A stretch of 64,000 nucleotides of DNA, from NCBI GenBank assembly GCA_030141605.1, contig JAQGDQ010000052.1:558001-622000 (forward strand), written 5' to 3'. Both the position numbers and the translations under genes were made by a program. The notes beneath the pieces were generated by a model. That model did no database searches. It saw nothing but the letters and a program-made list of their open reading frames with translations, and was not told the origin of the DNA. Origin of the DNA: Tubiluchus corallicola (lineage: Eukaryota > Animalia > Priapulida). Below, in pieces: positions 27,401 through 42,400 of this stretch. Numbering within the stretch: position 1 is the stretch's first letter; each line of letters opens with the position of its first letter.

Positions 27401-30400
27401 TTTGAGACACTGGGCACTTTGGTATACATCATCGGTATATATGATGATGTATTAAATTCCTTTTCATAATGAAAACGTCTTGCAATTACAATGGCCTCTT
27501 GCACATTCTCTTTCTTTATCACCTCGCTGCTTTCTGTCTCCCCTCATTTCGCAGCTTACAATTATTTTTCCAGTTTTTATTATAGCTAAAAATTTCCATG
27601 ACATTTAAAAAAGCTAGCCAAAGTGCCTTCAGCAAATACTAAGATGCAGTTCTATTTAGCAGAAACTAATCAGGACTATTTGCTATTGCAGCCATGAAAC
27701 TCTCAAACCAAATCTTATAATACAATTATCTGAAAATGGAATACTTTCATGTAATTAAGACAATTTAGTTAAGCGGTACTTTTATTGAGTTATGTGCTTA
27801 GTTAGGTATTTATTGGGTGTGTTTTCAACACTTACCAAATTTTTATCCAAGTATGGAAGGGAACCATATACAGCTATAGCTTCATTGTCCTCAACAGGCA
27901 TAGCTTTTGCATCATCTTCTGTCATTCCCTGTAGAAGCTTGTTGGCCTCTAGTATGGTTTCTGTTGATATGTGTAATTTCAGTACAATCTGTGATGGTTT
28001 GTGCAGTTGAACGGTAGCAAGGTGCTGCAAAGCGAAACAAGTTATCAACTAGTATAACAGCTATTGATTTCTATTTCCTTTAAGTCTTTTTCTGCAGCTT
28101 TTAGTATTGGTATTTAGATATTTAGTATCGGGATCAAACAGTCATAAATACGTTATTTTATTCATTTGTGTTACAAATTTACAAATCTAGCGAGTACATC
28201 GTGAATTCTACTAAATCACTCAGCTAATCTCTAAAACAGCTCATTTACAACACTTTCTGAGGATTATTAGATTTAAATTAATTATCTTTAGTGATTATAT
28301 ATCATTATAATTAATATTTCTATTCTTATTCTTAATAATTGTCAAAAAGAAAAATACATCTTTAACGAGAATCCATAATGCTTTCGTCTTATCAGCAGGC
28401 CAGTCAAGAGACCCTAGCAGCTCCAGACAATCATCTAACTCTTGAATATTTTGTGACAGTGTATTTAGTTGATCAACTGAGTACCAGACAGCCAGCGGAC
28501 CCATTTTCTGAATGTCATCACATGTAATCATCACAGCAGCCTCAACTATAAAATTTTTTTATTAGAACCAGCACCAAATCATGTATCATTTTGCTTAATT
28601 AGCTACTTAAACAAGTACAAAATAACTGAAGAATAGGTGTACAATTTAACAACAATTCATCTTAAATATGCAATCGGTCAGTTGAATGGCACATTACTAT
28701 TGCATGCTACTGCAAAGCTAGTGTAACAAATGGCTATTATTCAATTTGAAAATCTTAAATATTATTTTATTATTAGTTTTTTATTGCTAAAATGTCACAT
28801 ACGATGTAAACATAAAATTAAAATCACATTTACATTAAATCAGTTATGAAAACTGATCAAAAGCAATAGTATCAAAACTAAAAGGCCTACAAACTCAACT
28901 TAGACATTTCGCTCATTTTACAGGTCCTTTTACGGTACAAATATTTTTTACATGAATCTTATGTATGTGCTAGTACTCTATGCTAAGATAATTTAAGTCA
29001 GCATTATGGTCACTGTTAGCATTATGATCTGTTGTTATTTGTTGTTGTTATTTTTTGCGAGTTCTGACAAAATTCCAGACTGATCACAGGCTCTTGTTAT
29101 GGGTGTCTGTAACTTTCTACCAAAATTATATCTGCACTCTTGCATTGATGAGTCACATTTGAATTACCCAGTCATGGTAATTTAGAAGGAAAATCAGATA
29201 AAGGCAGAGATTAAATTAATGACTTTTAATTCTGACAAGAATTTTGTGCAGAAAAAACGATAAATAAATTAACTCATCAAGCACTGAACTTATATTGTGC
29301 ATATTTTTTCATTATTTCATTTTAATTTATCCATTCTGCTTAACCATGAAAGAGAAAGTGCCATCGAAAATTTATGAGGGGTTCTGTGAATAAGAATTTA
29401 AGCCATTATTCTTATGTTTTCAGTTCTCACATTTTTATTAGCAGTTATTGCTTTCTTTTTTGTTATGCAATTTTCACTAGATTATTAAAGTATGATTGCC
29501 TTACTTGTCATCATCTGACTATGTTCCTAATTTTTTTATTTAATGTCAAATATAAGTATCAATTTTTAATCACAAGTGTTACAATAGTATAGCAACAATT
29601 TAAAATGGTCGTCACTAATCAGTGGGTAGCTGACTAGATGACCAATTTGTCTTTTGCTGCCCTTGCGTATATGAGGCAGGATAAAATAAAGGTAATGTTT
29701 CGTTAAGCGAAAATGCATATATCGGCTTTCATCATACACATGTAATAAGGTTTGTTTAAAATGCACAGAAGTAAAGAATCTTTTCATGCAGTTTGACTTT
29801 GACGTTAATCATATCATGATTACATGAAACATCCTAATTTCTTGGCATGAGCTTCTTTAATGCCCAAAATCAGTATCATTTAACTACGGTTGTGAAACAC
29901 ACATAACAACTCTGCTACTCCAATTGATTCACCTTTGATTATCAAAATTAAATATTGGTATGTTCAGAAAAAGTAATGCACCATTCTTTATTTCACAGCA
30001 AATTTTACACCATATTTGCAGAGCAGATACTCCAAATGAAGGAATCTTAGAGAATTGTTAAATAATTTCAATGAATGTGATGGCCAAACTCAGAATTATT
30101 ACTTTTTGCTTGAATTAGCATTTAAACTTTACTAATTAAAATTAGTAAGAATGTGAATTAAAAATAAGGTAAGATTCTGCTTCTGTGACAAGAAATGCCT
30201 TAGGTGACGGCAACTGTTTCATGTTTACAAGTCAAAATGGAAGTGACGTGGGTGTTCATGCTCATACCTCCAACTGGTCTCCAAATGGCTGTGCCTAAAT
30301 GTCCTATACCTCCTACTTAACATGAATGACAATTTTCATTTCAATTCAAGATGCAGAGTAGATTTTATAGATTAAAATATTCAGTGATACTGGATGTGAA

Positions 30401-33400
30401 GTAACAAATGTATTACTGTGAAGTAAGCTGTTACTAGCCATCACGGTGGTATGATCACAGATTTTTGTATATGATTTTCTGATGTATCATTTTAAGAATT
30501 TAATGCTGTTGGAATTTAATGCTAAGAAGGCACAAAAGACTAGTTAACAAGATTATACAATTGTGGTGCAATCAACAAGCTATTCAACAACAATACTCAC
30601 CTTCTCTTTTTTTCCTGCCTTTGTCAGATTGTGTTTTTGTTGTTGTGGTTTCATTATCATTGCCCTCATAAGTTTCTGCAACAGGTGGAAGCTCACTTCC
30701 TTCAGGAATAGGTTCAGAAATTATAGACGTCCCACCAATTTGTTCACCCATTTCCTGCAGTTTCTTCATAATTTCCATGCCTATGTTTTGTTGATGATTC
30801 ACAAGGATATCTAGTTCATCTTTTATCAGTTCAGCTCTGCACTTTTTCATAAAGATACCGGAAGAATCGACACATCTACCGATAACGTTGAAATTGCTTT
30901 CAATCACTGATATGTTTATCTTTGCAAGTTCACTTATAGGCAAGGCAAGAATAAGGCAACCAAGTGAGGACACAAAATCCGATGCCCAATTTTCTGGCGA
31001 GCTAAACAGAAAAGATACTTAGTTGCTTCATTAGGTTTCTTGAATATCTCAAAAAATACTAATATTTCACACTGAAAAAATCATTTTTACAAAAAACAAT
31101 GAAGAATTTTTTGAATAATTTTGTTCAGCAAATTTGGTGCACTTTCTGTATTAGAATAAATACACATGCATTTTTATAAACACATTAAGCTAAACGACAG
31201 TCCGAGATTACGGATGATTTCATACCCATAAACATTTACTAGTGAATCAGCTAGCACTACTCTAGCTTTTCCATTAAAACACAAAGATCCCAAAATGTCC
31301 AATGAATGACCCAGAACAGAAACGGATGTATTTGAGATAGCAATTACTGGCAAGCTGCTAATAAGCTCTTTCAGATTCAGAACATGTTGTCGCATTCGCA
31401 GATCTTCATAACCCTACATGGAAAAATATGAAAAGTGTGAAAAATTATTTGATATTGAGTTAGACTTAATTTATATCAATACTTTCATGTTTTTCGATTA
31501 TTTCATGTCGTGGCATATTTTGAACTAATCGGTATAATCAGATTACTGAAAGTGTGAAAGAAGTTCAACTTACAGAAGCGAAAGTTAAAAACAGAGTCAG
31601 GATAGGCTGACTTCCAAAAGAAATCGGAAAGAAACTATAGCCTTTAGTTTCACATCAACACAGTTTGTATGCCTTCCAAACAAATACAAAAAACTATATA
31701 ACACTTTCAACAATATTTAAAGAAGGGCATGATGGCAAAAAAACCAAGATGGTCATCTTGTTGGCCATCAATAAATAGCGAAATTTCTAATCGAGGCTTG
31801 GCAAGTGAGCATTTCAATATCAAAAAAATAAAGAAGGTGGGCAAAGACCTAATCAAAATTAAACTGATGGCGAACAATTGTAGAAAATACAATATTATCA
31901 TGCAAAACAAAAGTGAAAAACAAAAATAACTAATTGACAATGTTTCTGATGTGGTCAGAAACTGAAGATTTTACAGACAATAGCTTCAAATTTCGGCCTT
32001 GTAGAGATGCTAGCCTTTTGCTTGAAAATTATAATTTAGAATTTTATTGAATTCTCATTGTTGGCCAATTACATAGGAACTGCGCTTCACAACGAAATCA
32101 CAGCTTTCAACTTTTTAACCCATGACCCACGGTTCAGAAGTCAACTAATTGTGGCATAACTTATAACATCAAAGTTCCCTATTTTGCCCCTGCTGTGGTC
32201 ACAAGTAAAACAATCTCGGCAGAACTGATAAGATTCAATTTGCGTCATTGAGACCTCTCATTTGATGTAATACAAGCTAGCTCGGTTGACATTGGGATAA
32301 ATTTGTCTCGCCGACCCCCATTTTATGCTCTAGAGGGGTTGCAGGTTAACAATGCTCATTGCGAAATAATACCATCTATTCGCCTCATCGAGACCTTTCA
32401 TTTGATATGCTACAATTGCTCAACACTCGCTGCACTTCTGTTCCCGACTGCCATTTTTCAGATTTTGCCCCCATACAGGGGTCAGTGGTCAACCAATCTC
32501 GAAGGTAATTGTTACCAATCAACTTGCCTCACCGAGACCTTTGAAAGGCTTTGATTTAATATACTAGAAGCTAGTTCTGGTTGACAATGGAAAGGATTTG
32601 TCTCCTCGACCCCTATTCTGCCCTATGTGGGTTAACGATCCTCATTGTAACCTATATCATTCTATTCGCCTCATCGCGACCTTTCATTTGATGTGCTACA
32701 ATGCACCATTGTTCAACACCCAGTGCATTTCTGTTTGCACCCACCCCAAATTTTCAGTTTTTGCCTCCCTAGCACAAAATTTACCTAGGCACGCATATCC
32801 CAATGATGGACAAGGGTGCAACCCCACCTAGCATCGTACCAAATATTGTGGCCCAAGCATATCTCATGATGGACAAGGATGCAACCCACCTAGCAACATA
32901 CCAAATATTGTGGCCCTAGCTCAAAAACTATGGGAGTAGATAGAGCATAAAAAAAAATAAATGAAGACCTTCATTCCAGGACCGTTGACCTGGCAACTCG
33001 GGTCACGTGTATACAAAGATAACTTTACCCAGAGAGTGTATCTTGTGAGTTTTGTGTCCCTAGCTCTCAGAGTATGTAAAAGGTCACCAATTTCGGAACG
33101 CAAATTTTGCAGTTAAGCCCCTCCCTCGGGCATTTAAACCTTGTCTGATTTTAAAAACCTACCGCACAGTACACAAATACTTGTGAAAAAATTCAAAACT
33201 GAAAGCCCTAAGAGATGCAACCTAAAGAAAAAACTGACCAATGCGCATTGCCCTTCCCCCTTAACCAGTGGTCACCACACTGTGGTTCGTTCCACGCCAA
33301 GAGCTACTAACCCTGTGAGTTTGGTGATCCCAGCTTGCAAGGCTTACAAGTTATTAAGCGTTAAAATAAACTAGACTGTGTTTATGACAAAGTCATAAAT

Positions 33401-36400
33401 TTAAGATTCTGCATTATGACCAAAATTCCAACTGCTGACTATGAAAAATCTATGCTGACTTGATATCTTTTTCAAGATCACAATTTTGCTATTGCTGGAT
33501 TCTCCATGCTTGATTACCTAGGAAATCCATTTTAACACTTTTGACCAGGCCAAGCCCACTTTGCGAGAAACACTTATTGTACCCACCTACCTACCAGCAA
33601 ATGCATTAACATCGACTCCTAGTTAAATGATGTAAGAGGAGTTAAGAGACACTGCTGTTTGCTCTAATTTTCACATTCTGCCTCCTAACTTGGTACAACG
33701 TCTGTGTGTTTAATGCACACCTATCCTACAAGACCCAAATACCTGCGAAAAAAAATTTGAATTTAACTCAAAGCCTTAAGAGGAGATGAGAAACACAGAA
33801 AAATTGAACAGTGGCCAGTGTCAATGACAATTTGATCCAAGGTCAAATGTTATTATACCAATGTTAGTGCCCCCACCTCAGTTGCCTACATAATTCTAGC
33901 TCTTACAGTTACAGTGTTATTGATCAGACAACATTTTAAAACTTTCGCCCATGTCACATGACCTGGCCGAGCCCACTTTTTAAGAAAGACTCGATGTACA
34001 TCTTCAATGACTCACCTACCCACACATGCAAACATTGACTCCTTGTCCAATGCTATAAAGGGAGTTATGTGACAAAGTCAGTCACCCTAATTTTCACATT
34101 TTCGGTCCTGCTGCTATAACCTTTGACCCAGAGGTCACTACTCCTAGACAGTTTTGTGTCTACCCATATTAGGTGCCCACCCTGTAAGTTTCATTACTTT
34201 AGGTTCTTATACATATGGAGTTACTGACCAGGCTCCATTTTAACACTTTCGACATGTCACGTGACCAGGCCACTCCCACTTTTCGAAAAATCTTTAATGC
34301 ACATCTACATCCACTCATGTACACATGCATAAGCATTAATTCCTAGTCCAATGCTGTAAGAGGAGTTGAGCAACAAAGCCTGTTTTTAAACTTACTGAAT
34401 AAGAGATAAAATTGTAAAAAAATTAAGCAAATGGTTAAGGCAACCTGAAATTATGTTACATAATGTGTTAATTATACATCTTATACATAGTATTCAATCA
34501 TGGTTTTAAAAATTTAGAAAAATATGATATTTATGATTAAGGTGTTTGATATTATACACCTGATATTATACACCTGATATTATACACACTTTATAATATG
34601 AGATTATAGCAAAAACTTTATTAAACAATGCTGATGTATTGATAAACTAGTACAATGTTTGAAAAAGAAACTTTTTAATGTTAAATTTATGTTTAATTAT
34701 CGATAATAATACAGACAGACATAATTAGTGAAGGATTAGACTAATAATAGGGAGCCCGAACAAAAGTAAAGAAAGCCAGTTAACCAACCTGTCCGGCAGT
34801 ATTTATTCACAAATGTATAATTATATACTATAAATTGGCAAACAATATCATTTTTCATGCTTAATTGACACTCTATTTGTATATTAAAATCAAACTATTT
34901 GGCTCGGCTAATACTTGGTGTCAGGATTTGACATGAATTTCAAACACCAGTGGCAGTAGTTTACCATTCAAAGAGGATCATCCAGATTTAAAGAACAGTA
35001 AACCTACGGCTGAATCAAGACTGGAAGGTCTCAAGACAAGGGCTTCAGAAGAGTCCTGAGCTACATGCTAAATATAGTGCTGAAATCAGCAACTTGCTTA
35101 AAAACGGCTGGGCAGAAGAAGTAAGCAAAGAAGAAGAGCCTATTGAAGGTAAAGTGAGGTACCTACCGCACTTTCCTGTCTTCAACCCTAATCGCCTAGT
35201 TCTTGCTGTTCAGGGAAGTTTAATGGAGTATATCTGAATTTTGCAGGGACCAGATTTGACTAACAGCCTTACTGGAGTCCTGTTTCGTTTCGCGAAAAGA
35301 GAATTGGAGTCATGGCCGATATCGAGACAATGTTCCATCATGTCCATGTTAGACCAGAGGACAGAGATGTGCTAAGGTTCTTATACTGGAAAGACAGCAA
35401 GCAAGATGACGACATCATAACATATAGAATGACAGTACACCCGTTTCGCGGTGTCTGGTTACCAAGTATATCTTCGTTTGCGTTATGCCAGACAGCAATA
35501 GACAATGAAGCATATTTTGAACCAGAAGTCATTCAATCTGTCTTCAGGAACTCCTTTGTGGTGACAGAATTGGATGCTGTCAAGCTGATTCAAGACATTA
35601 CTGATCTTCTTCATGAAGGCGGCTTCAGAGAAATCAAGGATGTTGACTTACAAACTGACTGTTTGTCAAAACATAGAGCATTAGGTGTTGTTTGGGATCT
35701 TGAGACCAATATGCTTTGTGTTCAGATCAAAGAAAACAAAAAGCCAAAGACAAGACAAGGTCTTCCAGTATATTATCACATGCCAATGATCCCTTGAGAT
35801 ATCTTTCTCCCTAAGTACTTTGTGCTAGGCTTTTATTTCAGGAGGCTACTGCGAGACATAGGCAGATCTGGGATGAACCTCTTGACCCCGACATTCAGGC
35901 AAAAGCAGCACTTCTTTGCATATTCAACTTTACCTCCAAGCCTGTCATGAAGACTTTATCGCTGAAAGATTTAGAAGATGCCGAGCAAGAAATTATTCAA
36001 TGCATATAAAGAAAGTATTCCAGCCAAGTATAGGGCACTGCACAAAAGAGAAGTTTCGGTTTCCAATTTACCCATTGGATCCTGTCATGTCCAGCCACCA
36101 AGTACTTGTTACAGGGGGACGTGTGTAAAATGCTAATCTTGCTGACTGTGCTAAGCATCCAGTTCTGCTACCTAAGCATCCGTACTCAGAGTTAACTGTT
36201 CTTTAGTATCATGAGATGAATGGTTACACTGGGAAAGCACATGTGATGTCTCTTCTCATGCAAAAATATTGGATCTTGGAGCTTAAGAGTTTTACTCAAA
36301 TGTGTACTCTGTGAATGTAGGCTATGTCGTTTGAAGCAAGGGCATGTTGATGCAGCAGCAAATGGCAGACCTGCTTAAAGAGAGAGTAACAGTTGCAGCC

Positions 36401-39400
36401 CTATTTGAAAATGTAGGGCTAGACTGCTTTGGGCTGTATCGAGTTAAACGAGGCAGAACTTGTGCAAAACATTATGGCTTGATCATCACATGCATGGCTA
36501 CGTGAGTGTTACACATAGAAGTGTTATACACCATGGAAACCGATTCCTTGATTTCTGGACTGCACTTCATTAGCAGACGAGGAGAGCCCAGAACAATAAG
36601 ATCAGACTGCGGCACGAACTACATTGGCGCTGATCGTAAGCTACGAAAATCTGTTGATGCTTGGAATGAAGACCAGAGACTAGTAAAGGAGCTGCAAAAA
36701 AAGAACAGTGATTAGTGTTTCAACCCTCCAACCTCTCCTCAAACAGGCGGATTTTGGAAGAAATTGATTACAGGTATTAAAAGGGTTTTGCCCTTTGTAA
36801 TAGAGAGGCAGACCCTGAATGATGAAGCCTTACATACGCTGTTCTGCATAAATTAGAACATGCTGAATAGTCGCCCAATGATGGCCCCCTATCTGATGAT
36901 GCTAGAGAGAGCGAAACTTTAACACCAAATCATTTGCTACTACTTCGTGCTGGACCAGTCTTGCCATCTGAAAGTTTCATCTCTGATGAGAAAAACAACA
37001 TAGACGTAGGAGACGTAGTTTTAATTAAAGAAGAAAATGTTTCACTCAATCAGTGGTCTCTTGATAGAATTCGGCAACTGGATCCCTGCTTCGTCAGAGT
37101 AGTAACAATGAAAATGCAATCAGGGAGCAAAAAAGACATGTCAATAGGCTGTGCTTGATTGAGGGGGCATGTAATTAATTGAAAGTAGTTTGGTAAATGC
37201 TCCTGGTATTCCGCATGTAAGAGGGCGGTTCATGATTCTTCCTGAATTTCAAACACCAGGTGGCAGTAGCTTAAGGCAGGTATAAAGGCCAAGTATTGCA
37301 CCATGATGAACACCACGAACAACTGCACGTAGATCAAAATAATAATTACTTAATGAAGTAAAGTGCTGTCAATTGTGCAAATATGATCTGAAAAGATCAG
37401 GTACATGTCCACGAACTCAGTAACGCTCAAGTTTTTCAGTAATATTTTGTGATTAACAATGCCATATGCTTTTGTAAGGTTAAGGAAGATGCCACATGTA
37501 AGAACGCTGTCAACAATTACTGCAATAGAATTTGTGCAAAAATGGATTTAAATCATGCAAAATACTAACCACATGTTGAATATATAGCATTCCTAACTTT
37601 TGCCTCTTCGCCTTAGACGTAACGTGATACACATGAATATCCAAATTTCCAATTGAGCTAATAGCATACAAACATGCATCTTTACTCATCATTTTCAATG
37701 TATCCATTCTAAAAAAATGAAGTTGTAATGCATTTAAAGGAAATTAGCAAAGGTAAACACAAAGCATTCTTACAATTAGATAGAGTAAAACAAAACATAA
37801 TTATCTAAAATGGTAATTAAGAACACAAAAATAGCAGGAGCATCGGTTTGTCTACTAAACGCCAGTGAGCAGTTTTGGATTAGACCTCTTTTAGTATTTT
37901 CAAGAGTGAATCATTGTCACTGAAACAGTAGCATTACAGAAAAAATTTGATACTAGTGAACATAGGACAAGAGAGGTCACCTGAACTGACACACACATCC
38001 CAAACACCAAAGCTCACATGTTTAGACCAGCATTTTGTATTATAGATTGGATACTGGTCATGCAAAAGCATGTGATTTATTAATTTGTGCAATTTTACAA
38101 ATAATTGTAGAACTTTTTACAGCAACACATTGTGGAATCATCTCCTAACATCAAAAAAAAACTTTTTTATATCCATTTCTAGGCAAAAAATAAATTAGAA
38201 TATTCCATAAAATTACTAAAAAAAACTGCAGAGTATTGGGTGATCTGACATCTATTAGTCAAAAAGCCTATAAGTCCATTCTTTATGGAAACTGTCAGAG
38301 ACTTTGTTATACCTCGTGAGTAGCATGTGACTCACTCAAGCAAGATATGATGCTTTTTGCAAATAGGAAAATGTAAACTTAACATTGCTTTGTTTTCAAA
38401 TAAAATTTGAAACTTTAGCAAAAGTGGATCAAGCCATCTCCTACCATGGTCCCATATCAATCAAGCCTCTTTTCAGAATTTGTAAGTCGGTTTGATGGAG
38501 AAAGTGTTAAATATAGCTACTTACTACTGTGGTTGTACTAAACTTAAATTAAAACGTTAAAACCTAATAAATCTAACTTGAAAACCAGTAGCTTTGGTTC
38601 AATGCATCCCAGTTAAGCCCTTCAATTTTAAAACTAACTTATATAACAGAGAGTGGTGACTGTAAAATTGCCGTTTGAATGGTCTTCAAAAATACTAGTT
38701 AAGTAGCATTTCAAGTAAAAGTTCACCAAATAGGTAGCAAACATTAGAGGTTTGATTATTTAGATGGGTACTTCTACTTCAACTCTTGGTATTAATATAT
38801 AGTAACCAACTTACGGTAATTGAGAAATAAGTTCTCCCCCCATCACCAAAAGATCAGTGATTGTTAGTTTTTCCGGATAATGTTCGTTTTCAATTTCCAG
38901 TCTTAATAAATTAATCATTGTTAAGATGCATTTCAGCTGAAATTACAAAAATAATTCAAACATGGTTGTTTTTAGAACATGGTAAACCATTATACATGTA
39001 AAAGTATTTATGCTTTTATTTTGACTGTTCAGCTTAAGTAAAAATGCTATGTTGAAATTAAGTTAAGAATTATTACAAAATTCTTATGAACAATAAAAGA
39101 CTTCCAAAAGATCCAATCTAAAAAATGCATATCCTATAAGTGATGCTGTTGTGAGATTGCAGTATTACAATAATTCTCCAGATTAAAATTAAGCAAATGT
39201 GGAAATTCAGTTTTTTAAAGACTTAGTGTCTAGTTTCATAAACATTTGAAAACAAATATTACTTACTGTATTTGATGTGAGTTTTACAAAGTCATTCTTT
39301 GCTATGCGAAGAAGACCATAGATATCATCTATGTGTAGCTTACTTAGGATATCACAGTTTAGACCAGGCAGCAGACTTTTATATTTAGTAAGAGTTTCCA

Positions 39401-42400
39401 GGGAATAATCCTCTAGTTTTGATAACACTGACACAGACTGTATAAACAAAGAATAATTCATTTCAAAGTTTTTGTCATTTAATAGTTTTATTAGCACTAT
39501 TTTTATAGCAAATCCTACAAAAAGTATAAAGAATGATGGAAGGCTAATTAAGGTGAGGACTACCTACTATACTATTTAGGCTATTCTCCCAATATGGGCT
39601 CCCTAAAAGCAGTAGCACAGCTACATAAATTCTATGTAGAATCAGTCTTGTTCTACAAGTAGATTCTACAATGAAAAAAGGTTGAGAATCACAGTAGAAA
39701 AAAGGTGACATACTGCATTGATTCTGCATAGACTGTTCTGAGGATGCTACAAAGTAGATTAACATTGTAGAAAGTCTGCTTGCTTAGCATCTACAATAGA
39801 AATAGTGTGAATTGTATGGGGGAATTATCATATAATGATATAGTTTTTTAACGGATATTTGTAGGCATTTTGTGAAAAATCTTCAGTAGAGTTGACCTGA
39901 AATTTCTTGTACTGATTTAGCTATGAAACTCATGCATGTGTATAGTTCAAAGAAGCAGCCCAATTATCGAGCCCCGGGGAAACACTTTTGTATCTCTGTA
40001 CAATCGCTAACAATATAGAAGGACGTAAAACTTTTCTCTGTGTTTGTGGTTTGTAAGGTAGCTGAAAGGTTAATTACATAGCAGTTCTGCTGTTTCCATA
40101 AGCTTTAAATTTTGCTATTACAAGCTGTGAGACTTGCAATCAAAGGCTTGAGAATGATCTGTTAGTGCACACCAAGACATTTGTCAAGATCATTGCGTCT
40201 CATAGATTTTTATAGGATTTTTACATAAAGAAGCCATTCAACCCTAGAATAATTAGGCATTAATCGGTTAGAGAAGCGACTGACAGCTGAATTGTCTATG
40301 TCACTGAAGGTCTAAATTACTCTTACCATATTTGAAAGTGAGGACAATAATAAAAACTAAGCGATGTAAAGGAGCACAACATAACAAAGCTTGTCTTGCA
40401 AAGCATTTCATTAGAGTACTCAAACTGAATGAAATTATTTTATGTGCATTAATTTCCACAAATTTGAGTCAAAAAACATCAACGATGGTTGTCCTACATG
40501 CCATCATTAGCCAGTTTTAGATAGATAGGTAGATAGATAGATATCTTCTTTATTTGCCAATAATTTACATGTCATGTTTAATAGAAAGATCGTAGATAAC
40601 ATGCCAGTTATTTTCAAAAGAAAAATGACGGTAATAGCAATATAAATTAAAAGCTACATGTGCCAAAAAACTCTAATAACTGATCACAGGATAAACACAT
40701 ACAAATAAATAAATACAAACACACATAATTAATCACAAAAGAAACACTAGGCACTATTTCTAAACCTACTAACACAAAGAGATATTAAATTAACATCCAC
40801 ACTGAACTACAAAACCTTTAAAACGAAGTTTAGGCACAAAGGCAACAACACTTAAGCACACAAACATAAAACCATTATGCACAATATACAATATTAAAGT
40901 ATGTTTTCATACAATGTCTATAATTACACAAAACATGTTAATGAGCTGTGGCCTTTACTCAGTATAATCTGGCCAAAAAGTAAGGTGGTATATCATATTT
41001 TGTCATAAAAATTTGTTTCAGTATCTGAATCTATTTAGCTCCAGTGCATTGCTCATTCCATAGAGTTATTGCTGTTCTTGCTAAACATTCGTGACTGTAT
41101 ACATTGCGCGTTATTACTTGAGGAATGCTATGTGTTTTCTGTTTTTTTAATTGTAGGCAACAGAGGGAGTTTTTGTGATTTAAAAGGGATACTGAGGTTG
41201 TTGGCATGTTATTAGAAAAAATAGAGTGTGGTATTTTGTGTAAGATTCAATGGCAGGCATTTTTAGTGTTTTCCTTATTGATTTACTGGACTGTTCATTT
41301 TTATAATTCCTGCGAGCTTTTTTGCCCAGATACCTTTAACATTTACATTTGTACTTAATGAACACAAACTTGTATCATCAAAGTATTGTATCATATCTTT
41401 TCTTGCAGGACCTTTTTAATGTCATTTACATAGAGACAGAATAGTAAAGGACCAAGGATGGTGCCTTGCGGGACTCCTTTACTTAAAGTTATCCATTCTG
41501 AAAAATGCCTGGAATCTAGTTTGACCTGCTGTGAACGTCCTGTCAGATAATACTTGACTAACTTGGTAGCAAATTTATCATTCTCTGTCAATCTAATGAT
41601 AATTTTTTAGAAGTCATGATGATGCAAAAAATTATTTCCAGCTTACTTAGTACAATTATTAAAGAAAAAAACTGTGAATTGCAATTTACCTGGGCCACCG
41701 ATAGCTGTAGCTCTTCTGGTGTTACAGTCTGCTGGATTTGCTCTACATCAGCTAATGATAACTCTTTGAACCATCGCAGGTCTACAAGCTTAATGAGATC
41801 TCTTGCAGTGAAAATTATCATTTCTTTTGCTGCACTTGCAAGCAATTTTTCACCTGTGTTTTTATTGATTGCTTCAATCAGCTACAAAAAAAATATAAGC
41901 AGCAATAAACGGTCTTTACAAAATCTCGTGAACTGGGAGATACATGCGCAGTTACGGGCGAGTGGATGTGTATTTGTACAAATGGCTTGATAACAAAAAC
42001 CACTGTTTCATGCTATACTAAAGTCAGACAGCAACTCTGATTATTCATGATAAGTTTTTTTCAGAAAAGATGCTTGTGTGTATGCACTGATTTTGTTAAT
42101 TTTCCTACAATATTTAGGAAGACCTCTTTATTGTTCCTAAGAAGTTTCACGTTGGCACATTGCCTTGCAATTCTGCAAACCATTTCCTAGTGTAGCAATA
42201 GGGTATGCACAAATAAAAAATAAATACCAGTACATCACTCACCTTATTAAAAATAACAGAAGCCTTAGTTATGTCAATGCCTGTCATTCTGACAGCTTTT
42301 GTCAGAGCTGGCAAGCTGGAAACCATCACTGCAGGTTCTATTTGTGAAAGATTTGTATATGATAAAGAAGTAATGAAAGCCGGATGCATGTCATTCAAAT

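Noticed and set aside
39570-39830. Cluster of CTACA/TGTAG motifs with weak terminal inverted similarity
   Set aside because: Probably a decayed MITE; I could not define termini or a TSD.
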